NCBI GenBank assembly: GCA_963793865.1
Contig: CAWCBP010000001.1
Span: 320,001 to 384,000 of the forward strand
Reading direction: 5' to 3'
From: an uncultured delta proteobacterium
GTDB lineage: Bacteria; Desulfobacterota; WTBG01
Length of the DNA: 64,000 nt
Shown: positions 10,401 through 20,273 of the stretch, piece by piece
How the letters are laid out: each line of letters starts with the position of its first letter
Numbering within the stretch: the first letter of the stretch is position 1
The notes under the pieces: generated by a model
Database searches by the model: none
Told to the model about the DNA's origin: nothing
What the model saw: only the letters and a program-made list of their open reading frames with translations
Made by a program: the position numbers and the translations under genes

Positions 10401-12242
10401 ATGGCAGGGACTTCGGGTAGAAAGTTGGCGCGAGTGTTTGTATTGTTTTGCTTTGCTATGAGCCTTTGTTTTGTACAGGGGTGCATGTACGCAGACCCCT
10501 TCATCGCATTGCTGATATCCGGGGCTGAGCTTGAGGCCAACCTGGGCAAAGCCGGACTGGTGGTAATAGATGCACGGTCCGCGGGATACGAAGCTGGCCA
10601 CATTCCCGGCGCCATAAGCCTCAAGTGGAGCGATTATGTGGATGCATCCAAAAATCTCAAGCCGGTTGCCGACCTGGAGGCGCAACTGGGAGCGGCAGGG
10701 CTCAGCAGCGACATGGTGTTTGTTATCTATGACGATACGACTGCGTCCTGGGGCGCTGTTGGCCGCGTCTTCTGGATGCTCGAGTATCTGGGATGCGGCA
10801 AGGTGCACGTTTTGAACGGCGGCTGGGACAAATGGAGCGCCGATGGCAGGGCGAGCGAGACGGAGAGTAACACGCTTCGTGCAGCACGCTTCGCGGCGGA
10901 TGTGCAGGATGACGCGCTTATGACCAAGGATCGCCTGGCAGACCGGCTGGGGGATGACGACTTTGTGGTCATCGATTCCCGCACCGATGAAGAGTTCAAC
11001 GGCTGGACCCTTTACGGAGAGGCACGGGGCGGGCACATTCCCGGCGCCGTTCAGCTTCCTTATGCAGGATTTTTTAAGGAAGACAAGACCATTCTGGACT
11101 ACGATGATCTTAAGGAGCTTTTTGAATCATACGGCATAACCAGTGACAAGGAGGTAACCGCGTACGATACATACGGCACCCGCAGCGGCTGCATCTACTT
11201 TGTGCTACGAACCCTGGGCTATCCCCGGGTTTCGAACTACGACGGCTCCATAGCGGAATGGAGCGCTGACAGCTCTCTTCCCATGGAAAAGATGAAGAAT
11301 TATCAGGGACTGGTTTATCCGGAGTGGGTTGATGAGCTGATAAAGGGTGAAAACCCGCCGACATATTCCGGAAACGGGTATGTCATTCTGTATACGTCCT
11401 ATGAGCCGCGATATTCAGAAAACCGGACAGACTACGTGGGAACGGTTTATGAAACCGGACATATCCCAGGCGCCATTTTTGTGGATGTTTATTCTTTCGA
11501 AAACGGTCCAAATTCAGAGTATGGAGAGGGATATGAATATCCTGAAGAAGCAAACGTAAAACCCATCCCCGAACTCCAGGAGTTTCTTGGCAATCTGGGC
11601 ATATCCAAAGACATGACCGTCGTGGTGTATGCCAATGATGATATTACCATGATGACCGCCGGACGCACCGCATGGGCATTGCTGCTTGCCGGAGTTGATG
11701 TGCGGCTTCTGAACGGCAACTATGCAGGCTGGGTTGATTACGGCGGCGATATCGAAACCACACCGAACGCATTAGCGCCGGTAGATTTCGGCGATGACCC
11801 GGGCAATCCGCAGTATCTGGGGACGACGGATGATGTGCTGGCAGTGGCCAATGGCATCAATACCAATGCGGTCATTGCGGATGACCGCTCCTGGGAAGAA
11901 TTTATCGGTGATTCCAACTCCTACTATCAGTACTTTAATGAGCTGGGGCGAATAAAAACGGCCCGCTGGATTGGAGATTGGTGGGAACTGGCGAGAGAAG
12001 ATTTTCAATCCTTGAAGACCTATACCGAGGTTGAAAAAGATTGGATTGACGCCGGATTTACACGTGACAAACAGATGTATTTCTATTGCGGAACAGGATG
12101 GCGATCCGGTTTATATACGTTTTATGCTTACCTGATGGGCTGGACTGCCGCCAACTACGATGGCGGATGGTTTGAATGGTCATATTATGATGAAAACCCC
12201 AGGGAGACCGGCATACCATCAGCCGCAGCAGGATTGCCCTGA
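10401..12242 (+). CDS. Exported four-domain rhodanese/sulfurtransferase (YnjE-like)
   Basis: Signal peptide; GHIPGA three times; YDGS/YDGGW motifs; terminal active loop CGTGWR. Confidence 0.88.
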   Translation: MAGTSGRKLARVFVLFCFAMSLCFVQGCMYADPFIALLISGAELEANLGKAGLVVIDARSAGYEAGHIPGAISLKWSDYVDASKNLKPVADLEAQLGAAGLSSDMVFVIYDDTTASWGAVGRVFWMLEYLGCGKVHVLNGGWDKWSADGRASETESNTLRAARFAADVQDDALMTKDRLADRLGDDDFVVIDSRTDEEFNGWTLYGEARGGHIPGAVQLPYAGFFKEDKTILDYDDLKELFESYGITSDKEVTAYDTYGTRSGCIYFVLRTLGYPRVSNYDGSIAEWSADSSLPMEKMKNYQGLVYPEWVDELIKGENPPTYSGNGYVILYTSYEPRYSENRTDYVGTVYETGHIPGAIFVDVYSFENGPNSEYGEGYEYPEEANVKPIPELQEFLGNLGISKDMTVVVYANDDITMMTAGRTAWALLLAGVDVRLLNGNYAGWVDYGGDIETTPNALAPVDFGDDPGNPQYLGTTDDVLAVANGINTNAVIADDRSWEEFIGDSNSYYQYFNELGRIKTARWIGDWWELAREDFQSLKTYTEVEKDWIDAGFTRDKQMYFYCGTGWRSGLYTFYAYLMGWTAANYDGGWFEWSYYDENPRETGIPSAAAGLP

Positions 12243-12466
12243 ATCAGGGGTGTGGTGGGTTTATCTAAAGGAAGGATGGTGATGATAAGAAACCAGGATA
12301 CCGCTCCGGAGAGCGGTATCTTGCTTCTATTAAAGCGCCGTTTGATTTTTCCGTAGAAGCGCATTCATGCGCGATCAGATCGCTGCTTAAAGCCATTCCT
12401 ACCGGCAGTAGACATACGCTGAGCAATATTTTCAGCGCAACAGGCCATAACCTTTGGGAGATTCCA

Positions 12467-12931
12467 GTGAATACCACTCAGTTGAAGAAGGCATTGTGTT
12501 CTGTATTGGTAATCGGCTCTCTATTGATCCTCTCTTATGGGGTAGGCCGGGCTGAAACAGTGGACGGGTTATTCAATGTTCGTGTGGTGCTGCCCGGAGC
12601 AACGGACGTGATCGACGTGGTCCAGACTGCCTCCTTTCCCCTATGTCCCCAGTTCTTCATCCTTCTAGGGGGAACCGGAAGCCTCGGCATTTCGCTTAAA
12701 AATGACGCCTCAGATTCGAAGGAACTCATTTTTATGCTCGGGCTCGCATCTTCGTCAGCCGGAAACTTCCCCATCTATCGACTTGGCGCATCCGAAGGCA
12801 TGATCAGCCAGATTGTGGAGGTGGGCAGCAACAACGCTCCCTATGGATTTGTCTGGCTATACTGCGGCGTGTCGCAGGCGGACAAAGGTCCGGTGTACTT
12901 ATACGAGCTGAGACTGTCGTTTGTGCCGTGA
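12467..12931 (+). CDS. Secreted hypothetical protein
   Basis: GGAG RBS before GTG, signal-peptide-like N-terminus, co-oriented in the cluster. Confidence 0.6.
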   Translation: MNTTQLKKALCSVLVIGSLLILSYGVGRAETVDGLFNVRVVLPGATDVIDVVQTASFPLCPQFFILLGGTGSLGISLKNDASDSKELIFMLGLASSSAGNFPIYRLGASEGMISQIVEVGSNNAPYGFVWLYCGVSQADKGPVYLYELRLSFVP

Positions 12932-13052
12932 GGGAAATGTAAGAAGTCAGGAGTCAGAAGTCAGCATTCAGCATTCAGAGGGAAGGGCTAAGAGGTTGAA
13001 CGATGCTTTCTGAACGTTTTATTCCTGTATCTTGCATCCTATTGTTGAAGCC

Positions 13053-14006
13053 ATGAAAAGACCCTGTACTATTATCGTGCTTATGGCTTATGCTAGTTTA
13101 TCGGCTTCCTCCGCCTGGGCGGGGGCGTGGTGCATGCAGGAGGGGGCTTTTTACAGCAAGCTCTCGTACAACTATTACTTCACGGTGGATACCTTTGACG
13201 ATGACGGCCACAAACACAGAAATCCCAACGGCTCCAGCTTCCGGGATGAAAATATAACCTGGTATAACGAATACGGGCTCTTCGACAACTTCACCATTTT
13301 CGCTTCCGTTCCGTACAAAATGCTCTATTCCAGGGTCAAAAGCATTGAGAAGACCGGGGATGCGAAACGGTTACAGAGCAGGAGCGAACGATATGACGGA
13401 TTGGGTGACCTTGATGTGGGCTTCAGGTACGGATTGCTGAAGGAACCGATGGTGCTTTCCCTGCAGTTCCTTACCAAGGCCGCGTGGTTTTACGATGGTG
13501 ATGAAGAGGTGCCCCCGGGAAACAACCAGAATGATTACGAGCTGAAAATGCTGCTCGGCAAATCCCTGTGGCCTTTCCCGGGCTATTGCGGCCTGGAACT
13601 GGGATACCGCTGGAGGACCAGCGCTCCATCTGATGAATACCGGTATCTCCTCGAGTTCGGTATGAACCCAACCAAAAAGTTCTCGTTTCGGGTGAAGCTC
13701 GACGGCATTGCCAGCGTCAAGAACGCAAGCCTTCCTGAGCAAAAGCCCGCGGTGAGCTCCTATATAGACTATGATACAGGACAGCTGATTAAAACAGCGT
13801 CTAAGCTTTCGGCAGACTCTGCGGCATTTGCCAACCCGTCGCTCGGCTATGAATATGACCTGGGCAAACTTGAGCTGACCTTGGGTTATCAGCAGAACAA
13901 GAACTGGTCGTTTGAATTTACCTACACCAATTATCCCTATGGCGAAAGCATCGCGGCAGGTGACCAGTACTCAATTGCACTGGTTTACTATTTTTCAAAG
14001 CAATAA
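13053..14006 (+). CDS. Probable outer-membrane beta-barrel protein
   Basis: Signal peptide ending AWA-GAW; amphipathic aromatic-rich strands (EYGL, GLGDLDVGFRY, ELGYRWR); C-terminal YYF. Confidence 0.6.
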   Translation: MKRPCTIIVLMAYASLSASSAWAGAWCMQEGAFYSKLSYNYYFTVDTFDDDGHKHRNPNGSSFRDENITWYNEYGLFDNFTIFASVPYKMLYSRVKSIEKTGDAKRLQSRSERYDGLGDLDVGFRYGLLKEPMVLSLQFLTKAAWFYDGDEEVPPGNNQNDYELKMLLGKSLWPFPGYCGLELGYRWRTSAPSDEYRYLLEFGMNPTKKFSFRVKLDGIASVKNASLPEQKPAVSSYIDYDTGQLIKTASKLSADSAAFANPSLGYEYDLGKLELTLGYQQNKNWSFEFTYTNYPYGESIAAGDQYSIALVYYFSKQ

Positions 14007-14037
14007 GCACGACCATCATGAATGAGGCAGTCTGCCC

Positions 14038-15597
14038 ATGATAGCTTATTACCTTGTCATTGCTGCGTACCTGGCCATTCTCTGCTTGCTGACGGTGTAC
14101 TGCATTCACCGTTATTACATTCTCTGCGCCTATTTCAAATATAAGAAGCACCCGTTTACCGCTGCGGATCAGCCCGCACGACTGCCCCTTGTCACCATTC
14201 AGCTCCCTCTCTATAACGAGATGTATGTTATCCGAAGACTGCTCCATGCCGTGGTCGGCCTCCGCTACCCGAAAGAGCTGCTCGAGATACAGGTGCTGGA
14301 CGATTCAACGGACGAAACTTCCACTATCGTCTACGATGACATCTGCAAGCTTAAGGAGGCGGGTTACGATATCAGCTATCTGCATCGCGCGCATCGCCGC
14401 GGGTTCAAGGCGGGAGCGCTGCAGGCCGGACTGGAAGGTGCGAAAGGAGAGCTCATTGCCATTTTCGATGCGGACTTTGTGCCCGAAGCAGATTTTCTCC
14501 TCAAGACGGTTCAGCAGTTTTCCAATGCGCAGGTGGGAATGGTGCAGACCAGATGGGGCCACATTAACCGGAGCTACTCACTGCTCACCCGGCTGCAATC
14601 AATTTTTCTCGATGCGCACTTTATCCTTGAGCACACGGTGCGAAACCGCTCGGGAAGGTTTTTCAATTTTAACGGGACTGCCGGCATCTGGAGAAAGGAA
14701 GCCATCCATGACGCAGGGGGATGGCAGCATGACACCCTGACCGAGGACCTGGATTTGAGTTACCGGGCGCAATTCAAGGGATGGAAGTTTGTGTTTCTTC
14801 CCGAAGTGGTAACACCGGCGGAAATCCCGGTGGACATGAATTCCTTCAAGACCCAGCAGCACCGCTGGGCAAAGGGGAGCATCGAGACTGCGCGAAAGCT
14901 CATGGGGGTTATTTTTAGCAGCAGCCAGCCTGTGAAAGTGAAAGCGGAGTCGTTCTATCACCTCACCGCCAATCTCAATTATCTCCTGGTGCTGCTTCTT
15001 TCCGTTCTCGCATACCCGGCGCTGGTCATCAGGATCAACATGGGGTGGCGGACCCTTTTGCTGTGCGATTTCATTTTCTTCCTGGGATCGACACTTCCTG
15101 TCGGGCTCTACTATCTCATTTCCCAGAAAGAGGTTAACGAGCCGTGGTTCGGTAAGATCTTCTACCTTCCGGCTCTCATGGCATTGGGTATCGGTCTTTG
15201 TGTTAATAATGGCAGGGCGGTCATAGAGGCCCTCGTGGGTCATAAAACCTCCTTTTTAAGGACACCAAAATTCAGAATAGAAGAAAAGTCAGACAGCTGG
15301 AAATGTAAAAAGTACCGGGCTTTCTCAAGGACCGGGTCTGTCCTGGTTGAACTGTCGCTGGGATGCTACTTTCTTTTTGCCATCGCTTTCGCGGCCCGCT
15401 TGAAGGTGTATGCTTCCCTGCCTTTTTTGATGATGTTTTGCTGGGGTTTTTTCTATGTCTCGGTTCTCTCGCTCTGCCAGGGATTACACGCAGCGAGGTG
15501 GAAAGATGAGTCTTTAAGTGATCATGGGAACTATTCAGAGGCGGGTGCTTCGGATCTCGCATTTTCTGATGCGAGGGTATCAAAAAAATGTTTTTAA
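14038..15597 (+). CDS. Cellulose-synthase-superfamily GT2 (CESA_CaSu_A2-like)
   Basis: QLPLYNE, DDSTD, KAGAL, FDADF, TEDLD, QQHRW motifs plus C-terminal TMs. Confidence 0.9.
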   Translation: MIAYYLVIAAYLAILCLLTVYCIHRYYILCAYFKYKKHPFTAADQPARLPLVTIQLPLYNEMYVIRRLLHAVVGLRYPKELLEIQVLDDSTDETSTIVYDDICKLKEAGYDISYLHRAHRRGFKAGALQAGLEGAKGELIAIFDADFVPEADFLLKTVQQFSNAQVGMVQTRWGHINRSYSLLTRLQSIFLDAHFILEHTVRNRSGRFFNFNGTAGIWRKEAIHDAGGWQHDTLTEDLDLSYRAQFKGWKFVFLPEVVTPAEIPVDMNSFKTQQHRWAKGSIETARKLMGVIFSSSQPVKVKAESFYHLTANLNYLLVLLLSVLAYPALVIRINMGWRTLLLCDFIFFLGSTLPVGLYYLISQKEVNEPWFGKIFYLPALMALGIGLCVNNGRAVIEALVGHKTSFLRTPKFRIEEKSDSWKCKKYRAFSRTGSVLVELSLGCYFLFAIAFAARLKVYASLPFLMMFCWGFFYVSVLSLCQGLHAARWKDESLSDHGNYSEAGASDLAFSDARVSKKCF

Positions 15598-15615
15598 CAC
15601 AAAAATAAGGTCTCT

Positions 15616-15722
15616 GTAGGGGCGACCGGCCGGTCGCCCCTACATGTCAAGCATTACAGAGAGGGACGCGGTCCGTCGCGTCCGGATATTGTATGCGGCC
15701 ATGACAGAGCATGGCCCTCCAG
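15616..15722. repeat. REP family A copy followed by a family D doublet (GAGGGACGCGGTCCGTCGCGTCC / GCGGCCATGACAGAGCATGGCCCTCC)
   Basis: Family D unit repeated at about 47947-48006. Confidence 0.8.
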
Positions 15723-15757
15723 GTACTTTGTCTCAACGGTTTAACAGGGAATCAACT

Positions 15758-16729
15758 ATGGTCAGCCGTAAACCAGTTGCAGAAGCTGCAAATGCTTCAG
15801 GGCGTCTTACTCCTGACAGGCTGGTGAAAGGACTTGCCCTGGCAAGCCTGGTGCTGTTTGTGTTTATAGAGCTCTACTTCTTCAAGATCAGCTATCATCC
15901 CATCGGCTATGCCGCATCAGGCCTGCTGCTCGTTTTCGGCATCTGGAGAATAGCAACCGAAAAGAACCGGTTCCAGAGAATGCGGATTATCACCATCCTT
16001 TCACTCTTTGTGCTGTTCTGGTTCATTGTCCCGTTTGTGTTCAAGGTCAAGGTTCCCATTCTGGGCGGGCAATGGGGGTTGTTTCCCCAGCTTCACACCA
16101 TCGGTTCGCTCACCTTTTTTGTATACTTCGGGATTGTGCTCCTCTTTGGCAAGCGGGTCGACTGCGGGTGGTGCTGTCCCTGCGTCACCGCGCGCGAGAC
16201 CATCGGTTTTCCCTTCCGGGATAAAACCGTCAAGAACGGACTGTGGTGGCGGTTGCGGCACCTTAAATGGCTGACTTTGGGGATGCTGGTAGTGTATCTC
16301 GCGCTTATGATCTATGATGCAGGCACCGCGTATAACCGGGCGGGAAAGTATTTCTACGGATTTATAACCTACACCTATTATGGCAGCTTTCTCCTCATAC
16401 CGCTTACCGGCAACAGGAACTTCTGCCGCATACTCTGTCCCTTTGCAGCGCTCTGGGGGGTATTGAGCGTGTCGGGGTTCTACCGGATAAAAGCAAAACA
16501 GGAGGATTGCATCTCATGCGGAAAGTGCGAGCAGGTCTGTGATATGGGAATACCCATTGCCGCTATGGTAAAGGAGAAGGGTCAAATCAGGTCCATCGAG
16601 TGCATGGGCTGCGGGAGATGCGTGCACATCTGTCCTACAAACGCGCTCTCATTTCACAGTGCTGCGGGGGTTATTAACAAGGTAATCTCGAAGAAAGGGC
16701 AGATACTGGATACTGTAAAATATTTATAG
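15758..16729 (+). CDS. NapH/MauN-like membrane 4Fe-4S protein
   Basis: TM helices, CGWCCP and CRILCP motifs, two CxxCxxCxxxC ferredoxin motifs. Confidence 0.88.
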   Translation: MVSRKPVAEAANASGRLTPDRLVKGLALASLVLFVFIELYFFKISYHPIGYAASGLLLVFGIWRIATEKNRFQRMRIITILSLFVLFWFIVPFVFKVKVPILGGQWGLFPQLHTIGSLTFFVYFGIVLLFGKRVDCGWCCPCVTARETIGFPFRDKTVKNGLWWRLRHLKWLTLGMLVVYLALMIYDAGTAYNRAGKYFYGFITYTYYGSFLLIPLTGNRNFCRILCPFAALWGVLSVSGFYRIKAKQEDCISCGKCEQVCDMGIPIAAMVKEKGQIRSIECMGCGRCVHICPTNALSFHSAAGVINKVISKKGQILDTVKYL

Positions 16730-16764
16730 TACTGTCGTGACGTGCCCGGAACGATATGACGGAA

Positions 16765-16789
16765 TACCCCGCAGCCCGGCTGTGGGGTA
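16765..16789. repeat. Hairpin TACCCCGCAGC-ccg-GCTGTGGGGTA (IS200/IS605-end-like palindrome or terminator)
   Basis: 11-bp stem with one G-T pair downstream of the Fe-S gene. Confidence 0.45.
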
Positions 16790-16996
16790 ATTCATTTCAA
16801 TCAATGATTAGTACAGGGGAGACGGTATTGTTTCATGTAAACGGGGGTATTATAGTACAATAGTAAAATGCTTAATGACTCACAGCAGGCAAATCGCTAG
16901 ACAAAAGGAGAAATATTTATTAAAACCACTATGGACATTCATTAAAGCAGGGATATTTTCAGTAACCACCATCTTAACCCGGGACGTCCTCATAAA

Positions 16997-18862
16997 ATGA
17001 GCGCATTGCATAATCGCCACCCGTATTCCCATCATTTGTTCATTGCTGCCTTTCTATGTGTTCTGTCCTGCCATGCAGTGTTCGCAGATACTCCTGCCGG
17101 TCCGGATATCTCATTACCCGCTGCGAGCACGCTCGACAGTAAAGCATATGAAGGAAAAAGCCTGCTGCTTTTCTTCTACTCGATTGACGATACCCGGGTT
17201 GATGAGGTGGTGGGTCTGATGAAGGAGCTCTACTCAATCCGGAATGATTATAATTTTGACCTGGTGGGCATTGCCCTTCCTCCGGACCGGCTTGAAGAGT
17301 TGCAGCAGTACAATCAGAACCACAACATTCCGTTCCCCGTGTACCTGGATCACGACAGGCAGCTCTATGCAAAATTCAAGATGGCGGGGGGTGTGGGTTT
17401 TTACATCTATAACAGGCAGGGACAACTGATAGCCAGCAGGATGGGCAGTGTTATTCCGCGGGAAAACAGCCTTGCGGACAACTGGCGGGCCTATGCGAGC
17501 GAATATTTGAGAATCCCGTACATCCCGGCGGATGAGCCGATCCTGGGGATCAAACCCCCGGTGCCTCTCTTTAAAGGAAGCACCATCAACGGCAGCATCA
17601 TTGACATTAAAGAGGTGTATCAGACCAGGCCGGTCATTATCCTGTTTTTTTCTCCGGGATGCAGCCACTGCCAGGATGAACTGGCATTTTTAAACAGCCT
17701 GTACAGCGCGGGAGAGCTTCAGGGAAAATTTGAAATTGTGGCTGTCAGCATTGCAAACCAGGAGTTCACTTCAAACTTCATTCGCAATCAGAACTATGTC
17801 TTCCCGGTCATGGTTGATGCGGGCAGGAAAATCGCTTCCCTGTTTCCCTCCTATACGGGGACAATACCCATCAGCTTCCTGGTTGACCGGACGGGCTCCA
17901 TCGTCAGCCTGCACAAAGGTTTCACTGATCATATGCGTACTATTTATATAATGGAGCTTAAAAAGCTGGCCGGTCTGCCCAATCCCCCGCTTTTGTCCAA
18001 AAAGGGTTATTCCGGGGAATCGGCCTGCATGATATGCCACGAACAAGAACATATTCAGTGGAAGCTTACCAGGCATGCCGACGCATTCGCATCCATGGTG
18101 CGCAAGGGCACGGAAGACAATCAGCAGTGTGTCAGTTGTCATGTGACCGGATATGGCGAGGCCGGCGGGTATAGTATGAGCAGCAAACGTTATTCAAAGC
18201 ACCTGGAGGGGGTCCAGTGCGAGTCCTGCCATGGGGCGGGACATAAATCCTGTTCCGCTTTTGCGGGAGAAAAGGCAAAGAAGAAAAAAGCAACGGAGTG
18301 GGAAAAACGCTGTCTCACCTGCCATACCGAAAAGGAATCCATTAATTTTGTCTTTGCCAGGCGCTATCCGAGAATCCTGCACGGCAACGCACCCGACCTC
18401 TCACAAATGACCAGGGAAGATCGTCTGCGCTTCCTGCTTGCGTATCGGGAGAAAAGCAATATTTTTGACAACCCCGCCCAGTATGTGGGTGCGGAATCGT
18501 GCAGGGGGTGTCACAGCAAGGAATACGGTCACTGGGAAAAAACCGTGCATGCAGGGGCTCACACAACCGAAAAAGCCAAAGCCGCCCTGCCGGAAAAGCA
18601 GTACCGCTATAACACCGGCGTCGGCAGTGCGGGCGGTTATCCGGAGCCCGGCCGGGATGGGGTGCAGTGCGAGGCATGTCATGGTCCGGGAGAAAAGCAT
18701 GTGGCCGAACCGGAGGCGAAAGGACAGGGTTATATTGTCGGCCTCACCCGTGAATGCTCGAGCTGTGTGGTGGAGCAGATTTGCCGCCGGTGTCACTCAT
18801 CAGAAGACGACCCCGATTTCGATTTTCAAAAGCAGCTGCTTAAAGTGCGTCACGGGTTATGA
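16997..18862 (+). CDS. Exported fusion of two redoxin (TlpA/AhpC-like) domains with a c554-like multiheme cytochrome c
   Basis: Signal peptide; FFSPGCSHC redoxin motif; seven CxxCH motifs (CMICH, CVSCH, CESCH, CLTCH, CRGCH, CEACH, CRRCH). Confidence 0.88.
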   Translation: MSALHNRHPYSHHLFIAAFLCVLSCHAVFADTPAGPDISLPAASTLDSKAYEGKSLLLFFYSIDDTRVDEVVGLMKELYSIRNDYNFDLVGIALPPDRLEELQQYNQNHNIPFPVYLDHDRQLYAKFKMAGGVGFYIYNRQGQLIASRMGSVIPRENSLADNWRAYASEYLRIPYIPADEPILGIKPPVPLFKGSTINGSIIDIKEVYQTRPVIILFFSPGCSHCQDELAFLNSLYSAGELQGKFEIVAVSIANQEFTSNFIRNQNYVFPVMVDAGRKIASLFPSYTGTIPISFLVDRTGSIVSLHKGFTDHMRTIYIMELKKLAGLPNPPLLSKKGYSGESACMICHEQEHIQWKLTRHADAFASMVRKGTEDNQQCVSCHVTGYGEAGGYSMSSKRYSKHLEGVQCESCHGAGHKSCSAFAGEKAKKKKATEWEKRCLTCHTEKESINFVFARRYPRILHGNAPDLSQMTREDRLRFLLAYREKSNIFDNPAQYVGAESCRGCHSKEYGHWEKTVHAGAHTTEKAKAALPEKQYRYNTGVGSAGGYPEPGRDGVQCEACHGPGEKHVAEPEAKGQGYIVGLTRECSSCVVEQICRRCHSSEDDPDFDFQKQLLKVRHGL

Positions 18863-18922
18863 ATCGGGAAGGCGCATCCACAATCTGCTGCGAGTGCGGC
18901 AACCACATGTCGGAGGGCTCCA

Positions 18923-19915
18923 TTAACCATAGAATTTGGAAGGGCCGCTTAAAACCTTCCATTCCGCCTCTGTAAATATCGCGGCACAATCCGCAACCGT
19001 CATGCCGCGCTTCCGTTCCGTATCTTTTTCAACATCCCGGGGATTGGATCCGGTTTCAGCCCACAACAGATTCGCTCCTGCAGCAGCTCCCATCACATTC
19101 GGTTCATGGGTGCAGTTTCCCTGCAGTGGCAGAATCCTAAAGCCAGTCTGACCACGGCAAGGATGTGGGCCATTCGGGCCTCGCTGACCATACCGTGGGA
19201 GGCCATTGCCGTGCCGGGCAGGGGAATTCGCCGTGCCGCTCCGCTGTATACCGGGTTCGCCTCACGGGTAATAATTGTTTTTTGAACCAGCTCACTAATC
19301 GTATGTTCGGTGCCGACCGGTTCCAGGCAGGTGCCCAGCAGCAATCCCGCTTCTGCGGCATTCCGGAATGTTTGCAGTCTGGTTTCCACCGGAATCGAGG
19401 TGTCGGTGCCCTCGCCCAGGCGAACCGCGTGATAAACGCCGGAAAAACCCGCATTCTTGAGCCTCCCCGCCTGTCCCCGAGTAAAATCACCGACATTTGC
19501 CACCATCGTTGTTTCAGGGAGAAGGTTTTTGCCTGACTTCCTGCGCCATTTCGATGAATTTATCAAAGGGGTAATCACCGGTCGCCATGAGATAGACAGC
19601 ATTAGCACCATCTTTCTCAGCCTGTTGAGCCCGGGATACTGCTTCATCTGCAGAAAGCTCAAAAACATCCTGGAAAATCTTGTTGCATGCCGCGAAGGAA
19701 CAGAACGCGCAGTTCTTCGGGCAGGGTGCTATATTCAATCCCACCTGGGCATGCACTTCAGCTGATCCGCGGGAAGCCTGCTCACTTTTTCTTCGGGAGG
19801 CTGCACGAATCAGCGCCGATTCGTCTGTAAAAAGGGGTACCGTGAAAAGCCCGGTTATTTCCCCAGCCGTGAGCTGTCCGCCATCCAGCGACTTCTTTAT
19901 GATGTCCCGTATCAT
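18923..19915 (-). CDS. BioB-like radical SAM protein, split by two single-base frameshifts (about 19527 and 19134)
   Basis: CPKNCAFC motif; reconstructed frame continues NLLPETT...YHAVRLGEG...GNCTHEP...GANLLWAETGSNPRD to TAA at 18923. Confidence 0.8.
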
Positions 19916-19969
19916 GGAACATATGCATAGCACAGCAGTGCCATTTGTTCAAGGTGATGTGAAGGGGAT

Positions 19970-20032
19970 GATGCAGGATACAGGATGCGATATACAGGGT
20001 GCAGGGTACAGGATGCGAAACAGGATACGGGA
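19970..20032. repeat. Degenerate 7-mer tandem repeat (CAGGATA/CAGGGTG-like)
   Basis: caggata-caggatg-cgatata-cagggtg-cagggta-caggatg-cgaaa-caggata; similar tracts near 7150, 12945, 38880, 48105, 58640. Confidence 0.7.
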
Positions 20033-20273
20033 ATGGCGATTGCGGATTTGCTTTCTTGTTCTCCTCATTTTTAAGGCTCTGTTTCAGGCATGCACGGAAG
20101 GCAAAAGGGAAAATGGCCATTGACTAATGAATCCAAATGTCTGCGGGCGAGCGGTCCAACCGGCACAAGCAAGGACAATTTTCGTTCATTTTATAAAATC
20201 TTTTTAATTTCCCGCCGAAAAATGCTAGTATGGGGCCATTCAATGAACAGGCTCTTAAAACAATGGAGGTGAC

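Noticed and set aside
19925..19943. Sigma-54 promoter (minus strand TGGCAC...TGC) before the radical SAM gene
   Set aside because: GG-to-GC spacing is 9 nt rather than the required 10, and it lies very close to the start codon
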